Shown: one piece after another, positions 56,662 to 64,000 of the stretch
Layout of the letters: every line of letters begins with the position of its first letter
Numbering within the stretch: position 1 is the first letter of the stretch
Source of the DNA: a virus
Length of the DNA stretch: 64,000 nt
Virus record (IMG/VR): IMGVR_UViG_3300034760_000025
Span: 9,300-73,299 of that record
Direction: 5' to 3' (one strand)
Translations under genes and position numbers: made by a program
The notes under the pieces: model-generated
Told to the model about the DNA's origin: nothing
The model's input: only the letters and a program-made list of their open reading frames with translations
Databases searched by the model: none

Positions 56662-57390
56662 TCATTCGCTTTCGCTTGTTGACGAACCGGCGCTGCGGCT
56701 GACAAGTGTCATCCCGCCGCGCATGGTGGGGACATCGCGGGCGGGCACCAGGCCGGGGCCGTCCGGCTCGTACAGCTCGACGTCGCCGTTCTCGTCGGTA
56801 CGGGCGTGCCAGTGCATACCGCCGGTGAGACTCGGTACGACGTCGTGCCAGACGTCGCCGGGTTGCGGGTCGATCGGGTCGGCGAGCCGGGGCGGCTCCG
56901 GCGTGTCGTGCCAGCCGTGGCCGCAGGGCCCGGTGCCGCCCACTGTGGGCATCACGAAGCGGTGGTGCCGGTACGGGCTGGCGCAGTGCGGGCACTGCTC
57001 GGCGCATCGGGTGTGCCACCGGCCGCCGGCCGCGCTGTCCTGTTCGGCGGTGTCGTCGGCGACGATTTCCTGCTGGCAGGTGATGCAGGTGTCGCTACCT
57101 GCCGGGCCGTTTTGGCTGGTAGCCCGGGTCTCCACCTCGTACGGCTTGTCACGGATCATGGAAATCGCCACTCCGGCAAGCTGCTCCCTGATGTTGGTTC
57201 GGCGTTTCCACGCCCACCAGGGCAGCGCGGCGAGGTTGTCGCGCATCGCGGCAATCGAAGCGGCGTGCAGGTTCACCATGTGCCCACGGAACGTGGTGCG
57301 GGCTTCCGCTGTTTCGTCGGTCAACGAGGGCTCTCGTCCGGTCTTGTCGCGCACAGGGGTGGTTACCTCTCCGGTGTGGGCGGCGGTCAT
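56662..57390 (-). CDS. Hypothetical Cys/His-containing protein
   Basis: ATG 57390; CITC, WHTRC, CPHC motifs. Confidence 0.55.
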   Translation of the reverse strand: MTAAHTGEVTTPVRDKTGREPSLTDETAEARTTFRGHMVNLHAASIAAMRDNLAALPWWAWKRRTNIREQLAGVAISMIRDKPYEVETRATSQNGPAGSDTCITCQQEIVADDTAEQDSAAGGRWHTRCAEQCPHCASPYRHHRFVMPTVGGTGPCGHGWHDTPEPPRLADPIDPQPGDVWHDVVPSLTGGMHWHARTDENGDVELYEPDGPGLVPARDVPTMRGGMTLVSRSAGSSTSESE

Positions 57391-58022
57391 GCCGTGCCCG
57401 CCGGGGCGGGCTCGGCGAGGTATGTCTGCCCGGGCCGGCGGGCGGCGAGCAACGCGACCAGGTCGGCCGTCAGGTTGTCCCGCATGGGGTAGGCGATCGT
57501 GACGGGCCACCGGCCGGCGCCGGACCGGCGGGCGGTGACGGCGTTGTACCGCAGGGCGAGGCGTGCGGGCCCGACCTCGAGATCAGCGTCGGCGCTGTAC
57601 GCGGCGGCGAGCGCCCCGGGGTCGACGACAACCATCATGATGCGGTGGGGACGCTGTTCGCTGTCGGCCATGACCGCGTGTGCGAGGTCGTGCATCTGCC
57701 GAACCCGGCCGGCGGACACACCCATGCCGGTACGGGCGATGCGAGTAGCCCGGCTCAGGACCGTGATCCACGGCACCACGGTCTGGCGTAGGACGGCGCC
57801 GATGTCCTCGCCGGTGGTAGTGGGGTCGGCGATCAGCGCCGCTACCACGCTTACCGGGCTGATCGCCGGGCCGGTGGTCTGCCGCCACCTACCCGACAGG
57901 CCCCTAGCCCACCGGTAGCCGCTGACCCGGTTGACCACGGTCGCGCCGGCCTTGCCGGGGTGGATCCAGTACGACACCGGGCTGGCTAGGGACCGCGCCG
58001 GTGCGATCACGTCCTGCGTCAT
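57387..58022 (-). CDS. Hypothetical protein
   Basis: ATG 58022 after a GGAGAG-like RBS; ATGA overlap. Confidence 0.6.
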   Translation of the reverse strand: MTQDVIAPARSLASPVSYWIHPGKAGATVVNRVSGYRWARGLSGRWRQTTGPAISPVSVVAALIADPTTTGEDIGAVLRQTVVPWITVLSRATRIARTGMGVSAGRVRQMHDLAHAVMADSEQRPHRIMMVVVDPGALAAAYSADADLEVGPARLALRYNAVTARRSGAGRWPVTIAYPMRDNLTADLVALLAARRPGQTYLAEPAPAGTA

Positions 58023-58123
58023 GGGGTTGCTCTCCGTCTTATCCGTCCCCGGGGCCGCGTACCCACGTCCAGGGCATTGATGCTGGTCTAACACGGGCGG
58101 GCGGTGGTGCGTTGCGTTGCGGC

Positions 58124-58810
58124 TCACTCGGCGCAGCAGCCGCAGCACCACTCACAGCCGCGTCGACAGTCGGCGTCACCGCGCGGAGACGCCGGTATCC
58201 GGCACTGCGGGTGATCACACTGGACCGGGTCGACGTCGTCGCACGCCTGGTGCTGGTGCAGCAGCCGGCACCGCCGGCGGTCGGCCGGGGTGTCGTCGAG
58301 GCACTCGCGGCACACGTCGGCGTGCACGGCGCCGATCAGCAGGGCCCCGCAGCGGCACAGCCCGTCAGGGTCGCCGGTGACCAGGGCGCCGTCGATGACG
58401 GCGACCGCGCGGCGGGCGGCCGCGCACCGGGCGGCGGCGTCCTCGGCGGACTCGGCGACCCGTTGGATCCGGCCGGCGACGAACGCGGTGACGATCGTGT
58501 CCGCGTGGCCGCCGCGGGTCACGACCTGGGCGGCGGACTGGCGCAGGAAGGCCACCGCGCGGGTCTCGTCGCCGGTCCACCGCCGCGCCGTGTTCAGGTT
58601 CCCGAAAATCTGTGTTTGGCCGGTGGGCAGGTATGTCACCTCCCACGGGGTCGACACCGTCTCGAGGCGTTCGTAGAGCCACCGGTGGTCTGCCGAGGTG
58701 GCCTGCCACGTCTCGTGCTGTCCCGGCGTGCCGCGGGTCAGCAGGGGGCGGCGTTGAGTCGATCTGTCATCGAGGGGTGTCAGTACCGCCCGGGTCATCG
58801 TTTGGGTCAT
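58124..58810 (-). CDS. Hypothetical protein with a C-terminal Cys-rich region
   Basis: ATG 58810, first gene of the leftward operon; CRCG, CREC, CEWCCGC. Confidence 0.6.
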   Translation of the reverse strand: MTQTMTRAVLTPLDDRSTQRRPLLTRGTPGQHETWQATSADHRWLYERLETVSTPWEVTYLPTGQTQIFGNLNTARRWTGDETRAVAFLRQSAAQVVTRGGHADTIVTAFVAGRIQRVAESAEDAAARCAAARRAVAVIDGALVTGDPDGLCRCGALLIGAVHADVCRECLDDTPADRRRCRLLHQHQACDDVDPVQCDHPQCRIPASPRGDADCRRGCEWCCGCCAE

Positions 58811-58891
58811 TGGGGTGCTCCCGCCTCTCAGGGGTCGGCTGTCCAGGCCGGCCCGGACCATCAACTTACCGCAAATCCTGCCGAATCGCGA

Positions 58892-58907
58892 GACGCGATG
58901 TCGCGTC
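58892..58907. promoter_or_regulatory. Operator-like palindrome in the divergent intergenic region
   Basis: GACGCGA-TG-TCGCGTC, with TAGCGT about 18 nt downstream. Confidence 0.4.
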
Positions 58908-58981
58908 GTTTTAGACCGGATGTTAGCGTGTGGAGGCAGCCCACCGACCCGGACGCGCAACCTCAACCAAGGGAGACCCGC

Positions 58982-59599
58982 ATGTTCGGCATCAAAACCC
59001 AGCACCGCGTACACCTGCTGTTCGCTACCGGCGAACGCCAGTACGTCGTCACCGACAACCAGCTCGCAGACCTGTATGACCGGGTGAAGATGAACCTGCC
59101 AGGCGCCATGGAACTCCGCCGCCCCGGCGCCGCCCACCCCGACCTGGTCGCCACCCGCAAAATCGAGGTCGTCGAACACACCACCGCACCGGACTACTCC
59201 AACGCCCACATCGGGCTGTCCGTCGACCCGCCCGGCGTCGTCTACCTCACCGACCCCGACCGCCCCAGCGAAGCGTGGCGCGTCACCGAATCCGGACGTA
59301 GGCGCCGCTTCGCCGACGAAGCGGAGGCACTCATCGAGGGTGAATACCTCACCCTCGCCGACCTCGCCAACGACTACGCCGCAGCCCGCGGCGGCGCAGA
59401 GCCGGAACCCTATTTCGTTCACACCACCGCCGTCGACGACCTCACACCGGTCGCCGTCTACTACCACCGCCGTGGCGACGCCCGCCTCCTCACCGAGGAC
59501 ACACCCGCCACCGCCGCCCGGTACATCGCCGGCGAACACGGCCACGGCCTGCCGAAAACGGGCGGCGCCCATCCATCCGACCAGGCCGGAGGTGCCTGA
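58982..59599 (+). CDS. Hypothetical protein
   Basis: AGGGAG RBS; first gene of the rightward early block. Confidence 0.7.
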   Translation: MFGIKTQHRVHLLFATGERQYVVTDNQLADLYDRVKMNLPGAMELRRPGAAHPDLVATRKIEVVEHTTAPDYSNAHIGLSVDPPGVVYLTDPDRPSEAWRVTESGRRRRFADEAEALIEGEYLTLADLANDYAAARGGAEPEPYFVHTTAVDDLTPVAVYYHRRGDARLLTEDTPATAARYIAGEHGHGLPKTGGAHPSDQAGGA

Positions 59600-59600
59600 C

Positions 59601-59846
59601 ATGCCCATCTCTGACGATGGCCCGCTGTACGTGATCGTGCACCGACGCCACGACTACGGCTCGCCCCGCGACCAGGTGTACGACATCCAGCCGGACGACA
59701 GCCTCGAAGACATCACCGAGCGGGCCGGCTACCTCCAGTACAACGCACAGGAAAAGTACGGCCGGACACGTGACACGTACCGAGTCGCCGAGCTGCGCAT
59801 GGTGGCTGCCCGTCCGAAGGCAACTGAGGGAGGCGAGGTTCGATGA
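59601..59846 (+). CDS. Small hypothetical protein
   Basis: GGAGG RBS; YRVAELR. Confidence 0.7.
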   Translation: MPISDDGPLYVIVHRRHDYGSPRDQVYDIQPDDSLEDITERAGYLQYNAQEKYGRTRDTYRVAELRMVAARPKATEGGEVR

Positions 59847-60496
59847 TCGACGTCGAAGCGGTCATCGCGGCGGGCAGGCTGGCGCTCGACTTCGGCCGAG
59901 TCGACCGGATCACCTACCACCCGGACGGCCTGACGCCGGAATCCGACACCGATCACACCGTCATGCTCGGACTGGTCGCATGCGCCGTCGCGCAGCGGCA
60001 CTTTCCGGACCTCAACGTCGGCCTGATCGCGCAGTACGCCCTCGTGCACGATGTGGTTGAGGTGTACGCCGGCGATACCCCGACGCTCCAAATGCCGACT
60101 GCCGACGCCAAAGCGGAGAAGCAGCATCGGGAGGAGCGGGCGCAGGAGCGGATCACCGAGGAGTTCGCCGACTCGCTGCCCTGGCTTCCCGGTCGGATCG
60201 CCTACTACGAAGCCCGGCTCGACCGTGAGGCTCGGTTCGTTAAGGCGCTCGACAAGCTGCTGCCGAAGATCACGCACCTGTGCAACGGCGCCGTGACCAT
60301 CCGCAAGCAGGGCATGAGTACCGCCGAGTTGGCCGCGCGCTACGAGACGCAGATCGGGGAGCTGGAGGCGTACGCAGCCGACTTCCCCGAGTTGTTCGAG
60401 CTGCGCGCCGCCCTCGTGGACCGGGTCCTTGCCGTGATGGCCGACCAGGACGACAGAGGCTCCGCGCCAAGTGCGACATCGGGCGGTGGGTCATGA
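59843..60496 (+). CDS. HD-domain phosphohydrolase (YfbR-like)
   Basis: ESDTDHT, LVHDVVEVYAGDTP, VKALDKL. Confidence 0.88.
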   Translation: MIDVEAVIAAGRLALDFGRVDRITYHPDGLTPESDTDHTVMLGLVACAVAQRHFPDLNVGLIAQYALVHDVVEVYAGDTPTLQMPTADAKAEKQHREERAQERITEEFADSLPWLPGRIAYYEARLDREARFVKALDKLLPKITHLCNGAVTIRKQGMSTAELAARYETQIGELEAYAADFPELFELRAALVDRVLAVMADQDDRGSAPSATSGGGS

Positions 60497-60617
60497 TCGT
60501 TGCCCGCATCGGTGACGTCCTGGCAGTGATCGCCATCCCCGTCGCGCTTGCCGTGGCCGCATGGCTCCGAGACCGCCGCAGGGCGGATACCGCGCCGCAG
60601 CCCCCGGCGGTGGAGTC

Positions 60618-60995
60618 GTGACCCCGGCCGAGCGGCACGCGCTGATCGCGCTGATCAAGTGGGCAAACTCCATGCCGGTCGGCATGGGTCCGGAGCACGA
60701 AGCCCTTTCCGACGCCTACGACGCGCTGGAGCACTGCATCATCTTCGAGGTCGGCCCGGTCGACCCCGAGGTTCGTGCTGCCTACTACGCGCCGCACCAG
60801 CTCACGCCCGGTACCCGGCCGTGCGACAACGAGCGCGAGCCGGACGGTGAGCTGTGCACCGGGACGCTGACGTTCGCGCTCGGCGACGTTCAGGCGAAGT
60901 GCCCGGTCTGCGGCGGGTGGACGGGGCGTCTCGCGCCCGGCCATGAGCGGGCCGTGATGCCTACCGGTTCGAAGCCCCCGGGCGGTGAGTCGTGA
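60618..60995 (+). CDS. Hypothetical protein with a Zn-ribbon-like C-terminus
   Basis: CDN...CTG...CPVCG. Confidence 0.55.
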   Translation: MTPAERHALIALIKWANSMPVGMGPEHEALSDAYDALEHCIIFEVGPVDPEVRAAYYAPHQLTPGTRPCDNEREPDGELCTGTLTFALGDVQAKCPVCGGWTGRLAPGHERAVMPTGSKPPGGES

Positions 60996-61420
60996 CCGCC
61001 TACACGATGATCAAGCTGCGCTGCGACTGGCCGGGATGCCACGCCCGGATCGAGACGCACAACTCCAAGATCACGGAAGCGAGGAAGTCCGCCTCCGCCC
61101 ATGGGTGGAGGGCCGCTGGCGGGCTCGACCTGTGCGGCTCACGTGACCAGGCGGAGGAGTACACCGACGACTACACCCTCTCGATGCTTCGCGGTCACGC
61201 AGCTCGCGAGGACCACGCGCCGGTGATCGAGCCAGCACGGAAGGGCTACGTCAAGCTGTCCTGCCGGTGCGGGTGGGCAGTGCCCGCCGAGCACTCCTGG
61301 GACCGCGCTGGCGAGTGCGCGCGGTCTACCGCCGACATGCGCTGGGGGAAGCACGTCAAAGCGGCCGAACGCGAAGTGGAGCCAACTGATACCGCTACAC
61401 CGCCGGGCGGTGAGGGCTGA
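60992..61420 (+). CDS. Cys/His-rich hypothetical protein
   Basis: CDWPGC...GW...DLC; CRCGW. Confidence 0.7.
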   Translation: MTAYTMIKLRCDWPGCHARIETHNSKITEARKSASAHGWRAAGGLDLCGSRDQAEEYTDDYTLSMLRGHAAREDHAPVIEPARKGYVKLSCRCGWAVPAEHSWDRAGECARSTADMRWGKHVKAAEREVEPTDTATPPGGEG

Positions 61421-61773
61421 TGGCCACCTTGGAGTTCGTCCTTCCTGAGGGCTCGAACGATCCGTGCCCGAACGCCTGTGGCGGCCTCACTGAGGACCCG
61501 TACGGCGGACCATGCAAGGCGTGCTGGAACGCGGTGGACGACGAGGGCGGTGGTTGCTCGCTCGGCGGGCCCCGCGCGGTCAGCACGTGCCTCTGCACCA
61601 ACCGCTTCGGGTGCAAGTCCCCAGACCCGGATGACGACATGCAGGAGTGCAGCCGGTGCGACGACCGCGTCTACACCGTGTCCTTCGACGGCCTGTGCGA
61701 CGGCTGCATCGAAGAGGACTACCAGCGGCTGAGCGTCACCGCGCCGAATTTGCCGGCGGTGGGTCGTGGCTGA
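61420..61773 (+). CDS. Cys-rich hypothetical protein
   Basis: CPNAC..TEDPYGGPCKAC; CSRC; CDGC. Confidence 0.65.
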   Translation: MATLEFVLPEGSNDPCPNACGGLTEDPYGGPCKACWNAVDDEGGGCSLGGPRAVSTCLCTNRFGCKSPDPDDDMQECSRCDDRVYTVSFDGLCDGCIEEDYQRLSVTAPNLPAVGRG

Positions 61774-62551
61774 CCCCTACTTCGCCGATGACACCACGAC
61801 CCTCTACCTCGGTGATATGCGCGCGGTGGTCCCGTCCCTCGAGGTCGAGGTGGACTGCGTGGTCACCGACCCGCCGTACGGCGAGACCTCGCTGGCTTGG
61901 GACCGGTGGCCGGAGGCATGGCCGGCGATTGCGGCCACTGTCGCCCGGTCGATGTGGTGCTTCGGCTCGATGCGAATGTTCCTGGACCGTCGCCCGGACT
62001 TCACGCCGTGGCAGATGAGCCAGGACATCGTCTGGGAGAAGCACAACGGCAGCGGGTTCGCCGTCGACCGCTTCAAGCGGGTCCACGAGCACGCCCTGCA
62101 CTGGTACCTGGGCCGATGGGACGACGTCTACCACGTCACCCCCACCACCCAGGACGCCACCGCGCGGCAGGTCCGCCGCAAGCAGCGCCCGACTCACATG
62201 GGCGCCATCGAGGCCGGCTCGTACGCGAGCGTTGACGGCGGGCCCCGGCTGATGCGTTCCGTCCTCGAGGTCCGCTCGATGCACGGCCGGGCCATCCACC
62301 CCACCGAGAAGCCCGTCGGCATCCTGGCGCCGCTCATTGAGTACGCCTGTCCGCCTGGCGGTCTGGTGCTCGACCCGTTCGCTGGGTCCGGATCAACCGG
62401 CCTCGCCGCTCGGTTGACCGGTCGTCGCGCCGTCCTGATCGAGGCCGACGAGGCGTACTGCGACGCGATCGCCCGCCGGATGTCGCAAGGCGACCTGTTC
62501 GGTGACCTGGCCGTCACGGCTAACGCTACGTCAGCCACGTCGGCGGGCTGA
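61766..62551 (+). CDS. DNA methyltransferase (N6/N4, beta class)
   Basis: VVTDPPY, HPTEKP, VLDPFAGSGST. Confidence 0.93.
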   Translation: MADPYFADDTTTLYLGDMRAVVPSLEVEVDCVVTDPPYGETSLAWDRWPEAWPAIAATVARSMWCFGSMRMFLDRRPDFTPWQMSQDIVWEKHNGSGFAVDRFKRVHEHALHWYLGRWDDVYHVTPTTQDATARQVRRKQRPTHMGAIEAGSYASVDGGPRLMRSVLEVRSMHGRAIHPTEKPVGILAPLIEYACPPGGLVLDPFAGSGSTGLAARLTGRRAVLIEADEAYCDAIARRMSQGDLFGDLAVTANATSATSAG

Positions 62552-62562
62552 CGGCCCTCCGG

Positions 62563-62602
62563 GGCGGAGTGAACCGGTAAATCTTTACCGGTTCACTCCG
62601 CC
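62563..62602. repeat. 19-bp perfect inverted repeat with a 2-nt spacer
   Basis: GGCGGAGTGAACCGGTAAA-TC-TTTACCGGTTCACTCCGCC. Confidence 0.9.
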
Positions 62603-62743
62603 TTCATTGTGGGTAGCCCCCCGGGGGGAACTTGCAACCGCTCAATTGGTCGCGACTCCGCGTTGTGTCATTCCGGCGGTCTCGGGTAGGGTCATGGTGC
62701 GCCACCGCGCGTCTACCCCAGCGACCATGAGGTGATCCACGTA

Positions 62744-63391
62744 ATGACGGCCCGATCCAGAACGCGCAGGCCGCGCCACGTACAGGAGGCCCGGCCGGTC
62801 ATCCAGCCGCCGGAGAAGTTCGCGCACCTGCAGGGCGAAGCCTTGTTCAGGGCGTTGACCACCGACACCGAGGAGTGGGACTCGGAGCGCTGCGCCGCCG
62901 AGTCGGGCCGGAGCCGTTCCCGGTTCTCGACGCTGGTGAGCAACTACTACGCCGTCGCCGACGGGCGCCGCCCCGCCGACGACAAGACGTTCATCAAACC
63001 GTTCGCGTACCGGGGTGCGTCGCCGGTGTGGCGGGCCGGTGACGCGCGGGCGTGGTTCATGCAGCACGGGATGATGCGTCGTGACGGGGTGTTCCGCCCG
63101 TTCAAGCCGGGTGGGCGGGCCCGCGGCGCCGTCGACGTTGTCCCTCGCCGCCGGCGGCCTACCGAGATGCAGAACCACGCGCCGGCGGTGCTGGGCCGCT
63201 ACCGGGAGCTGGTCACACCGGGGGCCGGTGCGACGTCGGGGGCGATGACGCCGAGGGATGCGCGGACCCAGCTCGCGCGGGAATTCGCAATCAGCGAGCG
63301 GCAGGTCATCCGCCGGTTGCAGGCCGCCCGCGACCTCGAGGCGGCGCGCGGCGCTGAGGCTTCCGGGCGGAACGTGAGCCCGCCGGGATAG
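62744..63391 (+). CDS. Putative DNA-binding protein with two HTH-like segments
   Basis: WDSERCAAESGRS..RF...PVW; QLAREFAISERQVIRRL; GAGGTGA RBS. Confidence 0.6.
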   Translation: MTARSRTRRPRHVQEARPVIQPPEKFAHLQGEALFRALTTDTEEWDSERCAAESGRSRSRFSTLVSNYYAVADGRRPADDKTFIKPFAYRGASPVWRAGDARAWFMQHGMMRRDGVFRPFKPGGRARGAVDVVPRRRRPTEMQNHAPAVLGRYRELVTPGAGATSGAMTPRDARTQLAREFAISERQVIRRLQAARDLEAARGAEASGRNVSPPG

Positions 63392-63540
63392 CAGATCGGC
63401 CCCTCGCTGCCGGCTAGCGGCTCGGACAAGCCGCCGTAATGCGCCAACCGCAGGGGCCGATCAGGACACGGACCGGAAAGGTTCCGTGTCGAGACGGAAG
63501 AACACCACTACCCGATCTCTCAAGCAGAAAGTGAACTTCT

Positions 63541-64000
63541 ATGACGGACGTTAGCAGCCCGCCCGCCGCACCGTCGAGCGCGCCGGTGCGACCCCCGGCG
63601 ATCACCGTGCCGATGCCGACCGTGATGACACCCGACCTCGCCCGGCTGTTGCGTGAGCCGTTCGCCCCGGAGTACACGGGCAAGCGGCCCCTGATCACCT
63701 GCCCGGCGTGCCGCGGCAGCCGCAACGGCAAGGTATGCGACTCGCACCGTAAGAGCCGGTGCGAGGGCTGCCACAACTACATCACCTCGGAACACATCCA
63801 CCTCGACTACGTCGGCCACGCCGAGGTAACCGACCGGTTGTTGGCCGTCGACCCGCTGTGGTCGTGGGAGCCGACGGCGTTCGACGCTGACGGGCTGCCG
63901 AAGCTCGACAGCATGGGCGGGCTGTGGATCCGCCTGACGGTCGCTGGTGTGCCCCGGCTCGGCTACGGGCACGCCGACGGGAAGACCGGACCCGACGCCG
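63541..64000 (+). CDS. Rad52/Sak-like single-strand annealing protein, 3'-truncated by the window
   Basis: Hand-translated LREPF...LDYVGHAEVTDRLLAVDPLWSWEP...LWIRLTVAGVPRLGYG. Confidence 0.7.
   Translation, partial: MTDVSSPPAAPSSAPVRPPAITVPMPTVMTPDLARLLREPFAPEYTGKRPLITCPACRGSRNGKVCDSHRKSRCEGCHNYITSEHIHLDYVGHAEVTDRLLAVDPLWSWEPTAFDADGLPKLDSMGGLWIRLTVAGVPRLGYGHADGKTGPDA

Larger units (their letters stand above)
1..64000. mobile_element. Actinobacterial tailed phage or prophage (siphovirus-like), continuing beyond both window ends
   Basis: Canonical order terminase-portal-MuF-protease-capsid-neck-tail-tape measure-lysin, followed by early genes; no host genes; integrase not seen in the window. 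Confidence 0.95.

Overview
The whole 64 kb window is one high-GC (roughly 70% by eye) actinobacterial siphovirus or prophage segment, with no host housekeeping genes, integrase, tRNA, rRNA or CRISPR array visible. Left to right: tandem small Zn-motif paralogues; terminase small and large subunits (the large one with an apparent 1-bp frameshift); portal; a ~2,200-aa virion-type protein with an N-terminal ADP-ribosyltransferase-like domain; an Rmf-like gene; MuF; a ~5 kb accessory (moron) island; protease/scaffold, DUF2190 cement and gpT-type major capsid; a block of beta-helix spike/depolymerase-like genes placed unusually among the head and neck genes, several sharing a repeated leader and an N-terminal RAAY(L/V)GD peptide; neck and tail genes with a -1 slippery chaperone; tape measure; minor tails; thermonuclease; LysM endolysin; a hairpin-rich intergenic kilobase; a leftward Dam operon; and a rightward early region (HD hydrolase, second methyltransferase, HTH protein, Rad52-like recombinase truncated at the window end). 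The most novel-looking signals are the shared-leader spike cassettes, AT-rich synonymous patches over conserved motifs, the giant ART protein, and the repeat-delimited moron array. All functional calls come from motif recognition by eye; no searches were run.
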